Positions 50,101 to 60,000 of a stretch of DNA of 64,000 bases are shown piece by piece. This stretch comes from a virus (Duplodnaviria > Caudoviricetes). Positions within the stretch are counted from its first letter, which is position 1, and every line of letters begins with the position of its first letter. The notes below the pieces were generated by a model. It did not search any database. It worked only from the letters and a program-made list of their open reading frames with translations, and was not told the origin of the DNA. The position numbers and the translations under genes are program-made. The stretch is from IMG/VR virus record IMGVR_UViG_2529292751_000006, positions 32,001 to 96,000 of that record; one strand, given 5' to 3'.

Positions 50101-53100
50101 GCGCTTCTCTCCATTTACTTTTAATATCTCTGCAACATCGTCAGCCAATATTCCTTGTTGCTCATATAAGCGTGGAAGTTTTAAATAGTTAATTGAGCCA
50201 TCTGTGGTTATATATCCTAGCTCTTTTAATAGATTATTTCCTTGCTTATTTTCAAACATCTCATGAATACGACCCATGAAGTCCTCTTGTGTCATATAAG
50301 CAGTTTTCATATTGATGCTTACCTTATTTGTGTTGTTTAGATTATACTCGTATTCTCTTTGCCTTGGGGTTAGTAAAAGTCTTCTGCGATCTATTCCTTC
50401 ATATTTCCCTGATGCAAGATGCCCTTCTAGTTCTTTATCAATTAAATGAGCATTCATCGCTTGTACAGAGTTACCTCGGCCATGATTGAAGAAATGACCA
50501 TATGGTGTCACTTCACGGATATCTTGTAAAGACAATATCCCTTTTTCTACATGTGAATCTTTTAATCCAGAAGTATATAAATTTACCCCGAGTTTTTCTT
50601 GTGACCATTGTGGCATAAGCTGTAGCATTTCATAGGTTTTAGCCATTTTAATATCATCAAAGGATACGCCTGAACGGAGGACTTTCTCTCCTCTAGCATT
50701 TGTAGTAAAGACATCTTCATAGAAATCCTTATCATTTAATTTTATTAGATTCTTACCATTTTGATATCCATTATGATAAAGGTCTTCAATCATAGCATTT
50801 GCCATTTTCACGTGTGATTGCTTTAAGTTATCTGATTGGTTATTTGCAAAAACATACGTATCATTTGCACCTAAGTCCATGCTTCTTGAAATACCTGACA
50901 TACTTTCAGTTTCATTTCTTAGTGTTCGCCTAGCTCTTTTATTGGCTTCTTCATAATTGCCATCATTAGCCGCATCCATAATGTGAGACATTTTTTTAGC
51001 ATAGCCTTGAGCAATTTTTTCAGCACTAGATATCATTTTGACATTCTTTCCATCCAATACTGCATAACTATGAGCGTTTAATGTTAATCCATCTATCTTA
51101 TGAGTGCCATTGTCACTAATCAATGGCATTGTAAGTTCTAGTGCATTTGTCGGCTTAACCCCACGATGCAATTGATTTTGTACGCTTGTACTATAAGTAT
51201 TATCATATACAAATAGTTTCATTACTTCGTTTGGATCCATAGCCATAGTAATACTCTTTGTTGGGTCGTTCTTTTTTACACTAGCAATAATAGTCTCTAA
51301 TGCTTGCAAATTATTTGGGCGCAATCTAGAAAATCTCTCTCTATCAAGTATTTCTATAGATTTTGCAAGTTGCTCGCTTAACTCTAATTTCTTCCCCTTT
51401 ATAGCTTTGTCATGAAATGATAGGACTACATTTTCAGTATCCTGAATTGCTTGTTTAATAATTTCATTGTTTTCTAATAAGCTGAGCTTCTTTATATTTT
51501 CATTTCCGTTCATTGAGGGAACTGTCATTTCTTGTTCATATTTTCCATAGTTTCGTTTACGCATATCTATTGCCATTTCACCGGCAGTCGCCCACGGAGA
51601 ACCAGAACCCGTAATCAATTTTCTGTAAGTACCGCTTTGCTTTGTGTCTATTTTCCCTTGAGACTCCAAGTTATTTACTAAGTTAACTAACCGTTCTTTA
51701 ATTAAAGCTTGTCTATTATCGCCTTCCCCTACTCCTCTTTTTGCATATCCGTAAATATTGCTACGTGCTGAATCTATAGTTTCAAAATTAATAGAGCGAC
51801 TATCATTTACTTCAGCATCATAGAACGATAATTTATGCATTTCAAAATCTTTCAGTTTCCTAGCTTCTTCTGGTGACTCTACCCTATTAGAAATCAATTG
51901 TTGATAGGTCATTAAAGCTCGATCTCTTTTTTGATTTATTCCTCTTAATGCTGCCTGTCTTTCCTTCATATTTGTCTTATTTGCTGCACGTTGAATATCT
52001 GAAGAAAATGCTTCATCAATTTTTTTTACGGTTTCATCCAAGTATGGTAGTTCATCTATTAATCTCTTATGCATTTTAAAGAAAGCATCTTTTTCCGATT
52101 CATTGAATACATATTGCTTTTTCTCATCATCCCATAAACTATGAAAATCCATTTTTTTCATAAGATTATCTGTTGTAACAGTTCGTGATATTTCCTTCTT
52201 AGCTTGATTTCTGCTATAACCCTGCTGAATCAATGCTTCTATTTTTTCAGAGCGATTCTTTCCTGATCCTTCTAAATACTCTTGCATAATTTTTGCGTTC
52301 TCAAGCATTCGTTTTAAACCAGAAAAACCTTTTGTTCCTCTTTCTGATGTTTCACCATTAATAATATTTAATCCTTTTCCTGCTCCGTCTAAGCTGAAGA
52401 AACTATCATATTTTCTTCGTGCACGATCAGACGTGATATGATGCTTAATTTCTCTCTGCTTTTCGGCATTAATATTATCCCACGCATAAAATCGACTTTG
52501 AACAAAGTCTTGTAGTTCAGAAAAAGCATTCTCCCCTTTTCTTACAATATAGGAGTATTCATTTTTTTCTGGCTCGAAAAATCGAAAAGCTAATTTCTTC
52601 TCATTCTCATCACTCATATCATGCACACCTGCAAACTGATAGAAGGATTTCGAATTAATTACTGTCTTATTGAATCCATTTGATTTGTTAACAATGTTTC
52701 CTTCTTCATCAAACCCAACTTTAAATGATTCATCGCCATCTCGGTATGCCTGTACACCACCTGATGTAAATAAAACTTGTCCATTTCTCAATTCTGCATC
52801 ATTCCATGTCATCTTTGTTTCATGGAATTTAAATCCTTGTCCTGGTAGAGCGTGAGCAGACTCGAATTCATTCAAAATGTGCTTTCTAGATTTTGCAATT
52901 AATTCAGCTGTAGAATCTGTATCTACCGTGGCATTGTGAGCCGAATCCTGTGTATCGCTTCCCAATACATGTCGATATGCTGCTAATTTATCTTTTCCAT
53001 ATGGATTTAATTCAGGATTATATTCTGGATTCATCTGCTTTTTTAATTCGTTCGAATCCATATAGGCTGTTCGAATTACGTTAAGATAATCTAAATGCTT

Positions 53101-54024
53101 AACGTCTTTTGGTATTTCTAAATTTAATTTTTGAGCATATGCCTCCATAACTGGCATATCAAATGTATTACCATTGTAACTAACAAAGTATTTTTCTTTA
53201 TTATCATTCATTATTTTAATAATGGCTTGCATTGCTTCTTTAGGAGAATGACCTACTTTAGTCATATTAAATAATCCACTTTCCATATAAGGCATATACT
53301 GATCCATATGCTTTACAACCTTAGTGTGGTCAACTTGATCCCTATAATCAAATACAGATGTGATTATAGAGTGATGTTTAATTTCTCCGTTTGCATATGA
53401 GAATGGGACATCATCTCCCATTGCATAAGAAGAATAACGCATTAAATCTACTAGTGATCGTTTTTCCCATTCGCTTAAAGAATTATAGATATATTTATCG
53501 TGTTTGATTCCTTTTATCTTATCCTGAAGGTAATCTATTACATCATTATTTTGATGGACAATACCATTGAATCCGGTCCCTTTGATTAGATCACCATTTT
53601 TATCATACTCATTAAGAGAAATTTCCGATATACCATAAGGCTTTATACGATCTTGACTATCACCATATGTTTCAATATCAAATACATAATGATTAGATGT
53701 TTTCGCAAAGGATTGGAATTGCTCTAAATTCTCTTGCCCTCTACTTAATGATGTAGCATGAAAGAGCTGCATAACTCTTCGCCCGTCATATAATACAGGC
53801 TCTTTCTTCCGGATTAACTCCTCTATTTCTTCTCTCATTGAGCTCTTATCACGATTCAATATAGCAACGTGATTTGCTATTCTCTTTTCATACTTACGAT
53901 CAACATTATGAGTTGAATATAACGCATTACTGGTAGCAACAACTTTAAAATCCTTTTGTTTTGGGAGAGCAACACTTGCCCTTAAATCTGCGGGCAAGCT
54001 TGCATCGAATTGATTCACATCCAT
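47107..54024 (-). CDS. Putative single-chain two-barrel (beta plus beta-prime-like) virion RNA polymerase with N-terminal DEDDh 3'-5' exonuclease domain
   Basis: FDIET / YNGNTFD / HNATVD (ExoI-III). Then colinear GVKWGHREM, LQGAVSRYVD, LTSSKGMLF, RYPTFH (48520..48537) and NADSDGD (48409..48429). Hydrophobic segment near the C-terminus. Confidence 0.75.
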   Translation of the reverse strand: MDVNQFDASLPADLRASVALPKQKDFKVVATSNALYSTHNVDRKYEKRIANHVAILNRDKSSMREEIEELIRKKEPVLYDGRRVMQLFHATSLSRGQENLEQFQSFAKTSNHYVFDIETYGDSQDRIKPYGISEISLNEYDKNGDLIKGTGFNGIVHQNNDVIDYLQDKIKGIKHDKYIYNSLSEWEKRSLVDLMRYSSYAMGDDVPFSYANGEIKHHSIITSVFDYRDQVDHTKVVKHMDQYMPYMESGLFNMTKVGHSPKEAMQAIIKIMNDNKEKYFVSYNGNTFDMPVMEAYAQKLNLEIPKDVKHLDYLNVIRTAYMDSNELKKQMNPEYNPELNPYGKDKLAAYRHVLGSDTQDSAHNATVDTDSTAELIAKSRKHILNEFESAHALPGQGFKFHETKMTWNDAELRNGQVLFTSGGVQAYRDGDESFKVGFDEEGNIVNKSNGFNKTVINSKSFYQFAGVHDMSDENEKKLAFRFFEPEKNEYSYIVRKGENAFSELQDFVQSRFYAWDNINAEKQREIKHHITSDRARRKYDSFFSLDGAGKGLNIINGETSERGTKGFSGLKRMLENAKIMQEYLEGSGKNRSEKIEALIQQGYSRNQAKKEISRTVTTDNLMKKMDFHSLWDDEKKQYVFNESEKDAFFKMHKRLIDELPYLDETVKKIDEAFSSDIQRAANKTNMKERQAALRGINQKRDRALMTYQQLISNRVESPEEARKLKDFEMHKLSFYDAEVNDSRSINFETIDSARSNIYGYAKRGVGEGDNRQALIKERLVNLVNNLESQGKIDTKQSGTYRKLITGSGSPWATAGEMAIDMRKRNYGKYEQEMTVPSMNGNENIKKLSLLENNEIIKQAIQDTENVVLSFHDKAIKGKKLELSEQLAKSIEILDRERFSRLRPNNLQALETIIASVKKNDPTKSITMAMDPNEVMKLFVYDNTYSTSVQNQLHRGVKPTNALELTMPLISDNGTHKIDGLTLNAHSYAVLDGKNVKMISSAEKIAQGYAKKMSHIMDAANDGNYEEANKRARRTLRNETESMSGISRSMDLGANDTYVFANNQSDNLKQSHVKMANAMIEDLYHNGYQNGKNLIKLNDKDFYEDVFTTNARGEKVLRSGVSFDDIKMAKTYEMLQLMPQWSQEKLGVNLYTSGLKDSHVEKGILSLQDIREVTPYGHFFNHGRGNSVQAMNAHLIDKELEGHLASGKYEGIDRRRLLLTPRQREYEYNLNNTNKVSINMKTAYMTQEDFMGRIHEMFENKQGNNLLKELGYITTDGSINYLKLPRLYEQQGILADDVAEILKVNGEKRFEKGKQFEWHEDFQGAELNQTVKPGDTLGYRIHDNGYREAIRYEGTHDTKIVDGIQGNKDIILQHKTNAFKLMLSGEKMTDTNADRRLIEAVAGAKDIVAIVNPDVAKHKDFGMLMSGEARILSDYVGGMKKNNQRKNAINIIESGNIGLAWDDRINAFIDNSSNSKIETNAFEKVFSDLQSKGFNVENVTSMQNNRYGLHNREGVRIGILEGIMSKVENYSKATDSSGRAVLGFDEHNQPIHGSYDGVKWGHREMGVLKGRGMEKTFEHVYQEMMKNEGKLTESQNLIHSLGQLGKEDQLSFKGISANEFDSLPEQYKDKALYGGTVFSQNKVESLAEKYGSPELKNKHGYWLELPSVKRNDGQNQKITVNLNGKNTPKEIDKIFIPFTNLDATNGDVHLRELQNHIANIYKKADAVTKATSIEEAKQFHGQLQGAVSRYVDHSFKELTSSKGMLFDGVYKANMSTSASGLFKLMDLNTTMKLQETYGEGQYTAISKDMAQRMGLEERLEAGKHMYTANVRYPTFHDGAMQFTKLIMSDDVKPGEIHTTSFSSMLQNADSDGDYSHIAVIDDKAVQKEWEQAHNRVETEFERRWSEHERKENERLVSERERLNDPLSERRYSGPSLQSVADDGTGHIGKPLVNTSEETASKIGKMTIGRASNLNLFLRQVADQEFSHNVPANEKIKEFGRGLEQKLIDAKHGAKPAGLEMIDAIYNSNWNLAKSIDQDYFDGKFAKDFFLNEVSEELPMALNNLKKGLRSDGFKLGTSTGLSSDMGIQKLLDIMHGNVASDELITSNSGLGMFYKHQNIELPDGAQAGMTDVSELNRTPMQQRNENKKSFVNKMRNAASEGVSGAVTQASEKASGLLDKVKNMSPKKAMFMGGALALGGITSYNILSSEKPVMHYDDSKVKDSGSRKQEPVPAIAMPNDSYSSQNASISIQASGNNMDKEQMSHMVAQGMRDTGMSAGPTRITVNHNDNTQKLNRIWYRDKVQQNV

Positions 54025-54038
54025 AAAAACACATCCTT

Positions 54039-57000
54039 CTACACATAACGATTTGTATATTTTTTTAAGTGATTTTCTATTTCATCTCTTCTATCCTCGT
54101 TGTAAGAAAGGTCTACATATGTTTCTGAACCATTGGAAGGAGAAACATTAACTTGTACATTTCTTAAACCAGATCCTTGTAAAATATTCACGAGGTTTTG
54201 CTTTAAGATATTAAATCCTTGGAAATTAGATGTTGCCGCCTCTCCAGATATAGTATTCGATCCATCTTCATGTAAATCTGGTACATAACGGGAGGCTTCT
54301 ATACTATCGTCCCAAAAATTAAAATCACTTTTATCTATTCCAGCTTCTTCAACTGTTTTTACTTTAATATCATTTAAATCATACTCAGGACGCCATCCTT
54401 CCCAAGTCCAATCTGGAATATCATATTTTTGCATATAGTATTCTAATGGTTTCTGTTCCTCTACTCCATATCCCCAAATCGCTTTATAAATGCGCTTTTG
54501 ATTTTCAGGAATCAATCTTAGTATCTCTTCTTGTTCTTTTGAATTTGCTTCTGCAAAGTCTGTGAAAAACCATTTATCTTTATAAGGGAATGCTTTCATG
54601 ACTTGCATACGGTCACCTAAAGGATCAATACCATACAAAGTAGTATCACGTTCTTCTTTATACTGAAGCGCTTGTAAAAAGGCATCTGGTAAATACATTT
54701 CATTTTTATTTTCTGATATTGTTTCTAACTCTGCATTTATTTCTTTTCTTTTGTCTTCCCAACCTGTTGGTTGCTCTAAATATAGTTGCTTTTTCTCTTC
54801 CTCTAGCTCTTTTCTTTTTTGCTTTGTTAAGTTTTTTTGATCATCAATTACTTGAACAATATCCTCTACATCATATCCAGTTTGATGAGCTATTTCTTCT
54901 CTCGCATTTTGATATAACCCTTCATATTTGAGATATTTTAGGACATCAAAATACTCATTAATATCATTCTCCATACGTCTTCGCTCAGGTATCCATTTCT
55001 CCCCATGCTCTTTTTCATAGTTTTTATAAAACATATTTGACCCTAAACCAAATAGTCCTCCTGCAATAGACATAAGCTTTGTTGGTCGGCCGCCTTTCAG
55101 AAACAAACGCCCAAGAACAAGCCCTGTTGTTGCTCCAGCTGTCATTGACCATAATGGACTTTCAAACCTACCTAGTCCTTGTAGCGTAGGGGCAATATAA
55201 TCATTCAACATGAAATTATCCCATGTCGCCCAGTCTTTTCCGTATATTTGATCACGTTCGTATTCTTCTGCAGCTGTACGAACTTGTAAAAACTTAGTAT
55301 TTAGAGGTGTACTGGCATGGGCTATTGTCTCCCAACGTTCCCCTCGCTTAATTTCTTGAGGTGTAAATCTTGCATGAACACCTGTAGCTGAAAAGTCGTT
55401 CTGATTTTCTACCATTTCACCACGTCTGATAATATCCATATTAATATTACCTATCTCATTGAATATGACAGCTCTCATTGTTCCGTATGTATCTTTTGAA
55501 ATGCGCTGTGTAGGGTCTTCGGAAATACCTATTTCAACCTTATCACCTATCTTGAAGTATTGCTGCAATACACCTGTAGCTTTTTTTCTATATTCCATAC
55601 CAGCCATGCGAATTGGTTGATCGCCATACTCTTTTGTTAGAAATGTATAATCATCTAAAAACTTAGTCACGGTAACTTCATCTGTGACGATATCATTTCC
55701 TTTAAATCGATATGGGGTAAATTCAAATTTCTTTTTTCGTTTTGAAACTTGTTTTCGAATTTGAGTAGCTTCTTTTCGTAAATCTCCCTCTTCTAAGTTA
55801 TCCATAAGATACTGACTCCAAAATTTATACTCATCGGACCATGGGGCGACATCAGACAAGATTTTAAACTTATCAAAAGAACCATATGTACCCGTTTCAT
55901 CTGAATGCAATTCATTTAAAGATTCATAAGCTTCACCAGGCAGACGATATTCTCCATTAGGAAGTTTACTATAAGGGTCACCCACTTGAAAGTTAATAAA
56001 GTAATCCGAGCCGGGCATCCAATCAGGCATTGTGTTACGTATAGGATTATATGTATCTAATTGACCGCTATCTCTTCTAATAAAACGACGACCAATCTCA
56101 GATAAACTTCCACCTAATGATCCTAGTTCTGATTCCCAAAAACGATTAGATGCATTATAAGCTGTATCAGCCATCTGTATAACGGTTTTCCCTCCATATG
56201 GATCACGGCCAAGCATCTCATCATTGGCAAGCCACTTATATACACCCAATGGCTCTGACCAGTTTTCTATTGCTTCTTGCGTTAGCCAACTAGCTGATCT
56301 TGGATCCTCTATATTCTGCATTTTACGATACATAATATCCTGCTTATAAGCATACTCTTCATCCATCATTGCTCTTGGCTTTGTACTAACTTGAATATTA
56401 TAACTTGGATTTGCAACAGATAAAGCGACTCCGTTCATCTCACTTCCCTTAGGAGCATCTGTACTGGCGATTTCAAACATCTTATTCATAGGAATGTTTT
56501 CTTTAGCAATATTCGCTGGAACATACATTGCTTGTCCTGTATCTGTATCTTGTGCAACATAAGCTCCTGTGGGACTCCCTTTTTCATCTAGCTCATCACT
56601 TACAAAATATTTGGCAGCATAGTCTTGTCCCATAGCATGGTACGCTTGCTTTTCTTGTTCTATATTAAATAGAGCTTCATTGTTAATATCCGATGAAGCT
56701 GCTTCAATTGAGGCTCCGCCATACTGATCTGTTGTTGCTAATACGTCATTTTTAACTCGTCCGGCAGGCGATACCACAGTACGAATAGGAGATTCAGGTC
56801 TGCTTCCTAATTTACTTGTTTCATTATCATAGATAAGAGTAGGACTCCCCCAATATTCAGGATGCATATCTTGAGTAGGTTTTACTAGCTTGCCTATTGT
56901 TGCGTTACCAATATCACCAAGAACCATTGTGTTAGGATTAAACAATTGTCCTGTTAACATATAAGGGCGGTCAGAATAATGTTTCTTTTCCCACCAATAC

Positions 57001-60000
57001 GGATCACGAGTTCCTAATACAAAAGACAGTCCACCTAATGGATTCTCTAATGTAGGCAGTAAACTATTACTCCAGTATTCTTCACCTGTTGCGTTAGTAT
57101 TCGTCCATTCATAATCACTGTGTGCTTTACGGAAACTGTTTGGAGCAAACTCCATAATACGATCCCCACGATATGCGGATTTAGAACCCATAAACCACCA
57201 TCTAGATTTGCGAACTTCCTCTACACCATTATAGATATCATCTAATGTTTCATCATAATCCATTGTGTCTTCTTCACGAATTGATGCTTTCCCTAAGAAA
57301 GGAGCAAATACATTATTCACAACATCACCTAATCCAATCGGACCAACACCAGGCATATGTATACTAGGCATAGCTGCCCAATGGTCTATCCCCGGCTTTA
57401 ACATTCTTTCACGTTTGATATTATATATATCTTCCGGTGTTCTTGATGCTGCTCTATCTAAGCGATCATTCGCTTTATAGTTTTCCCATCGTTCATCTAA
57501 TCCCTCACCAGTCCATTGGTCTGTTTTCCAGTCTGCATATTTTACCGCTTCAACTCCTGCATACATAGGAAAGATACGCTTCCACATCAAATTATTAAAT
57601 ATTTGAAAAGAGCTACCCATAGATTTGTCTGAAAATCCTAATCCCGCATTTCCAAGGGAGTCTTGTAAACGAAACATCGGATAATAAGTACCAAATAAGC
57701 CAAAAGTCGTAACGTCCTCCATATTACTACGACCAGTAAACGGGCTAACTTGTGACCAAATATCTCCCACTGACTGAGCTCTTTCCTTAGTACTTGAATT
57801 TAAGCCAAAGATTGTGCTTAAATGATTCGTCATTCCAGATTTATTTATTGCTACATATTCATCTTCTACTTGGTTAATAGGGCGTGACTCTGAATACCTC
57901 TCCCATACTGGATTTGTTTTGCGATACATTTCACGCATACTATCCTGAAAATCCTTGTTATCTTGGAATAAGCGACTTGTACGATTTAATACAGCGTTAG
58001 TATTTTTTTGAACGTCAAACATCTGAGAGCGAAATACACTATAATTCAATAAAAACTCTGCGTTCTGTAGATCATCTTTTAGTATTTTCCCATTATCATA
58101 CAGCCCTTTTAATTCACTACGAAAATCCTCTGCTAAATCAGTATATGGCTTCATCTCTGGACGTCGCATTAATCTCTCTCTCATAAGATACATGCTTGTT
58201 TGTTGATGGATAACATCATATCCAGTTTGCAATTGCGTATGATGACCTAGTATAGGATTACTCTCACCGATAGGTGTCTTTTTATTAAGAATCTTATCTG
58301 GATTTCTTTCAAATTGCTTATATAAATTAACTAGTTCTGTATGAGCTGTTGTGCTGCTATTTACTTCTTTTTCACCTATACGACGAAACAACTTTACGAT
58401 ATCATCTTCTTCTGAAAAGTTAATATTCTTATCTTTTATAAAATCCCTAACATCTGAAGGTAAGTCATCTTTCAGTTGATTTAAGACCCTTGGATTAAAG
58501 CCTTTTGTATTTAATTTGAAGTACTTATTCATTTGATATAAAGATGCAGCATCTTCGAATCCATCTGTAAAAAGATTTTTAATTCGATTTCGATCCCAAT
58601 CTTTGTTCAAAAACTTAGTAAATACACTAAATCCTTGATTATAAAATGAATCTGTATCTTGTCTCCCTACATCAAAAAAGCTAGCAATAGGATTTCTAGG
58701 AGTTTCATTATCTGTCATTATGCCAGAAATATGTCTTTGCATTTTTCCTAATGTACCAAATTGAGAGGATGTGAGATACATGTCTCGCTTTGGATTTAAA
58801 ATATTTAGTGCCGTACTATTATTAATAGCATCATAATCATATAGACTTACAAATTTACCATTTACATAGACAACTTCTTGATTCAACGCTTCTGTTGCTT
58901 CTATCCCTCTATGTCCATTTAAGCTAGATTGAATACTTCCACGTTGGAATATCTTAAAACTTGCCTGTTCTTTTGCAGTTTTTATATTCATAATGTCCCT
59001 TAAATGAGCTAGTCCACCAGGTAGCGTATTTGCCCACCATTCTGCCTGATTTCGCTTCATATTACTAAAAACTTTATAGTCCATCAAGCTTTCGACTTCA
59101 CCATTCTTTGTAACAAGATATAAATTCTCATCAAAAACCGTCTCTTTAAAACTCTTATTATATTGAAGCACATCATCTATTTGAGCCTTTAAATTTGCAT
59201 TCATTTTAACTTTCCCAGCATCATGTAAGCCTAATACATCTCCAACTGTTGCTTGTTTATGACCAATGACTGCACGTTTAAGGGGATTATCTTTTTTTGT
59301 AATGTCTTGCATTTGTTGAGCAGTAAACTCACGAAGCTTTTGCTGCATTCCTTCTACTAATCTTTTTGCATCAGTACTTGTTTGAATGAAATCATGTCGT
59401 TGATATTTTTCTCTGGTTTGTTTCAATACTCCCCATATTTCTGAATGATCTACGCCTTTTCCATGGTTCTTTAATAATAATTTTAATTGCTCATCTGAAC
59501 CAAAATCGAGCATCCCTAGTTTCCCTTTAGATAAAGCCTTATCCAATTCATCCATTAATGGTTGATTGCCTTTAAAAAGATGATGCTTTCTCATATCATC
59601 CATAACTGCGGCAAATCGAAACCCTTCTTGTATATGAAATGGGACTTCACCTTTATAATTACCAGGACCATCGATACGACCAATCAAATTATCCTTATGT
59701 CGTAAGTATCGTTCTATATCCATTTCACGACTGTTAATAACATTAGCTTGCTTCTTTTTTTGTTCACTTAAAATTTCTTTTCTTCTTTTAACAAAATTAC
59801 TTTTCATTACTTTCATTCGATCAACGGTTAGTTTATCTTCACCTACAACTAATCGTCCTTGATTATCTAACGTTTCTTTTGCAGCACGATAGACTGCTTT
59901 TCCTTCTGTATTAAGGAATTGACCAATTTTACGAAATGCACCTGTTCTGTGTCCTACTGTTAATGCGCCTAGTGTTGCAGCAACCCCTATTCCAAGCTTT

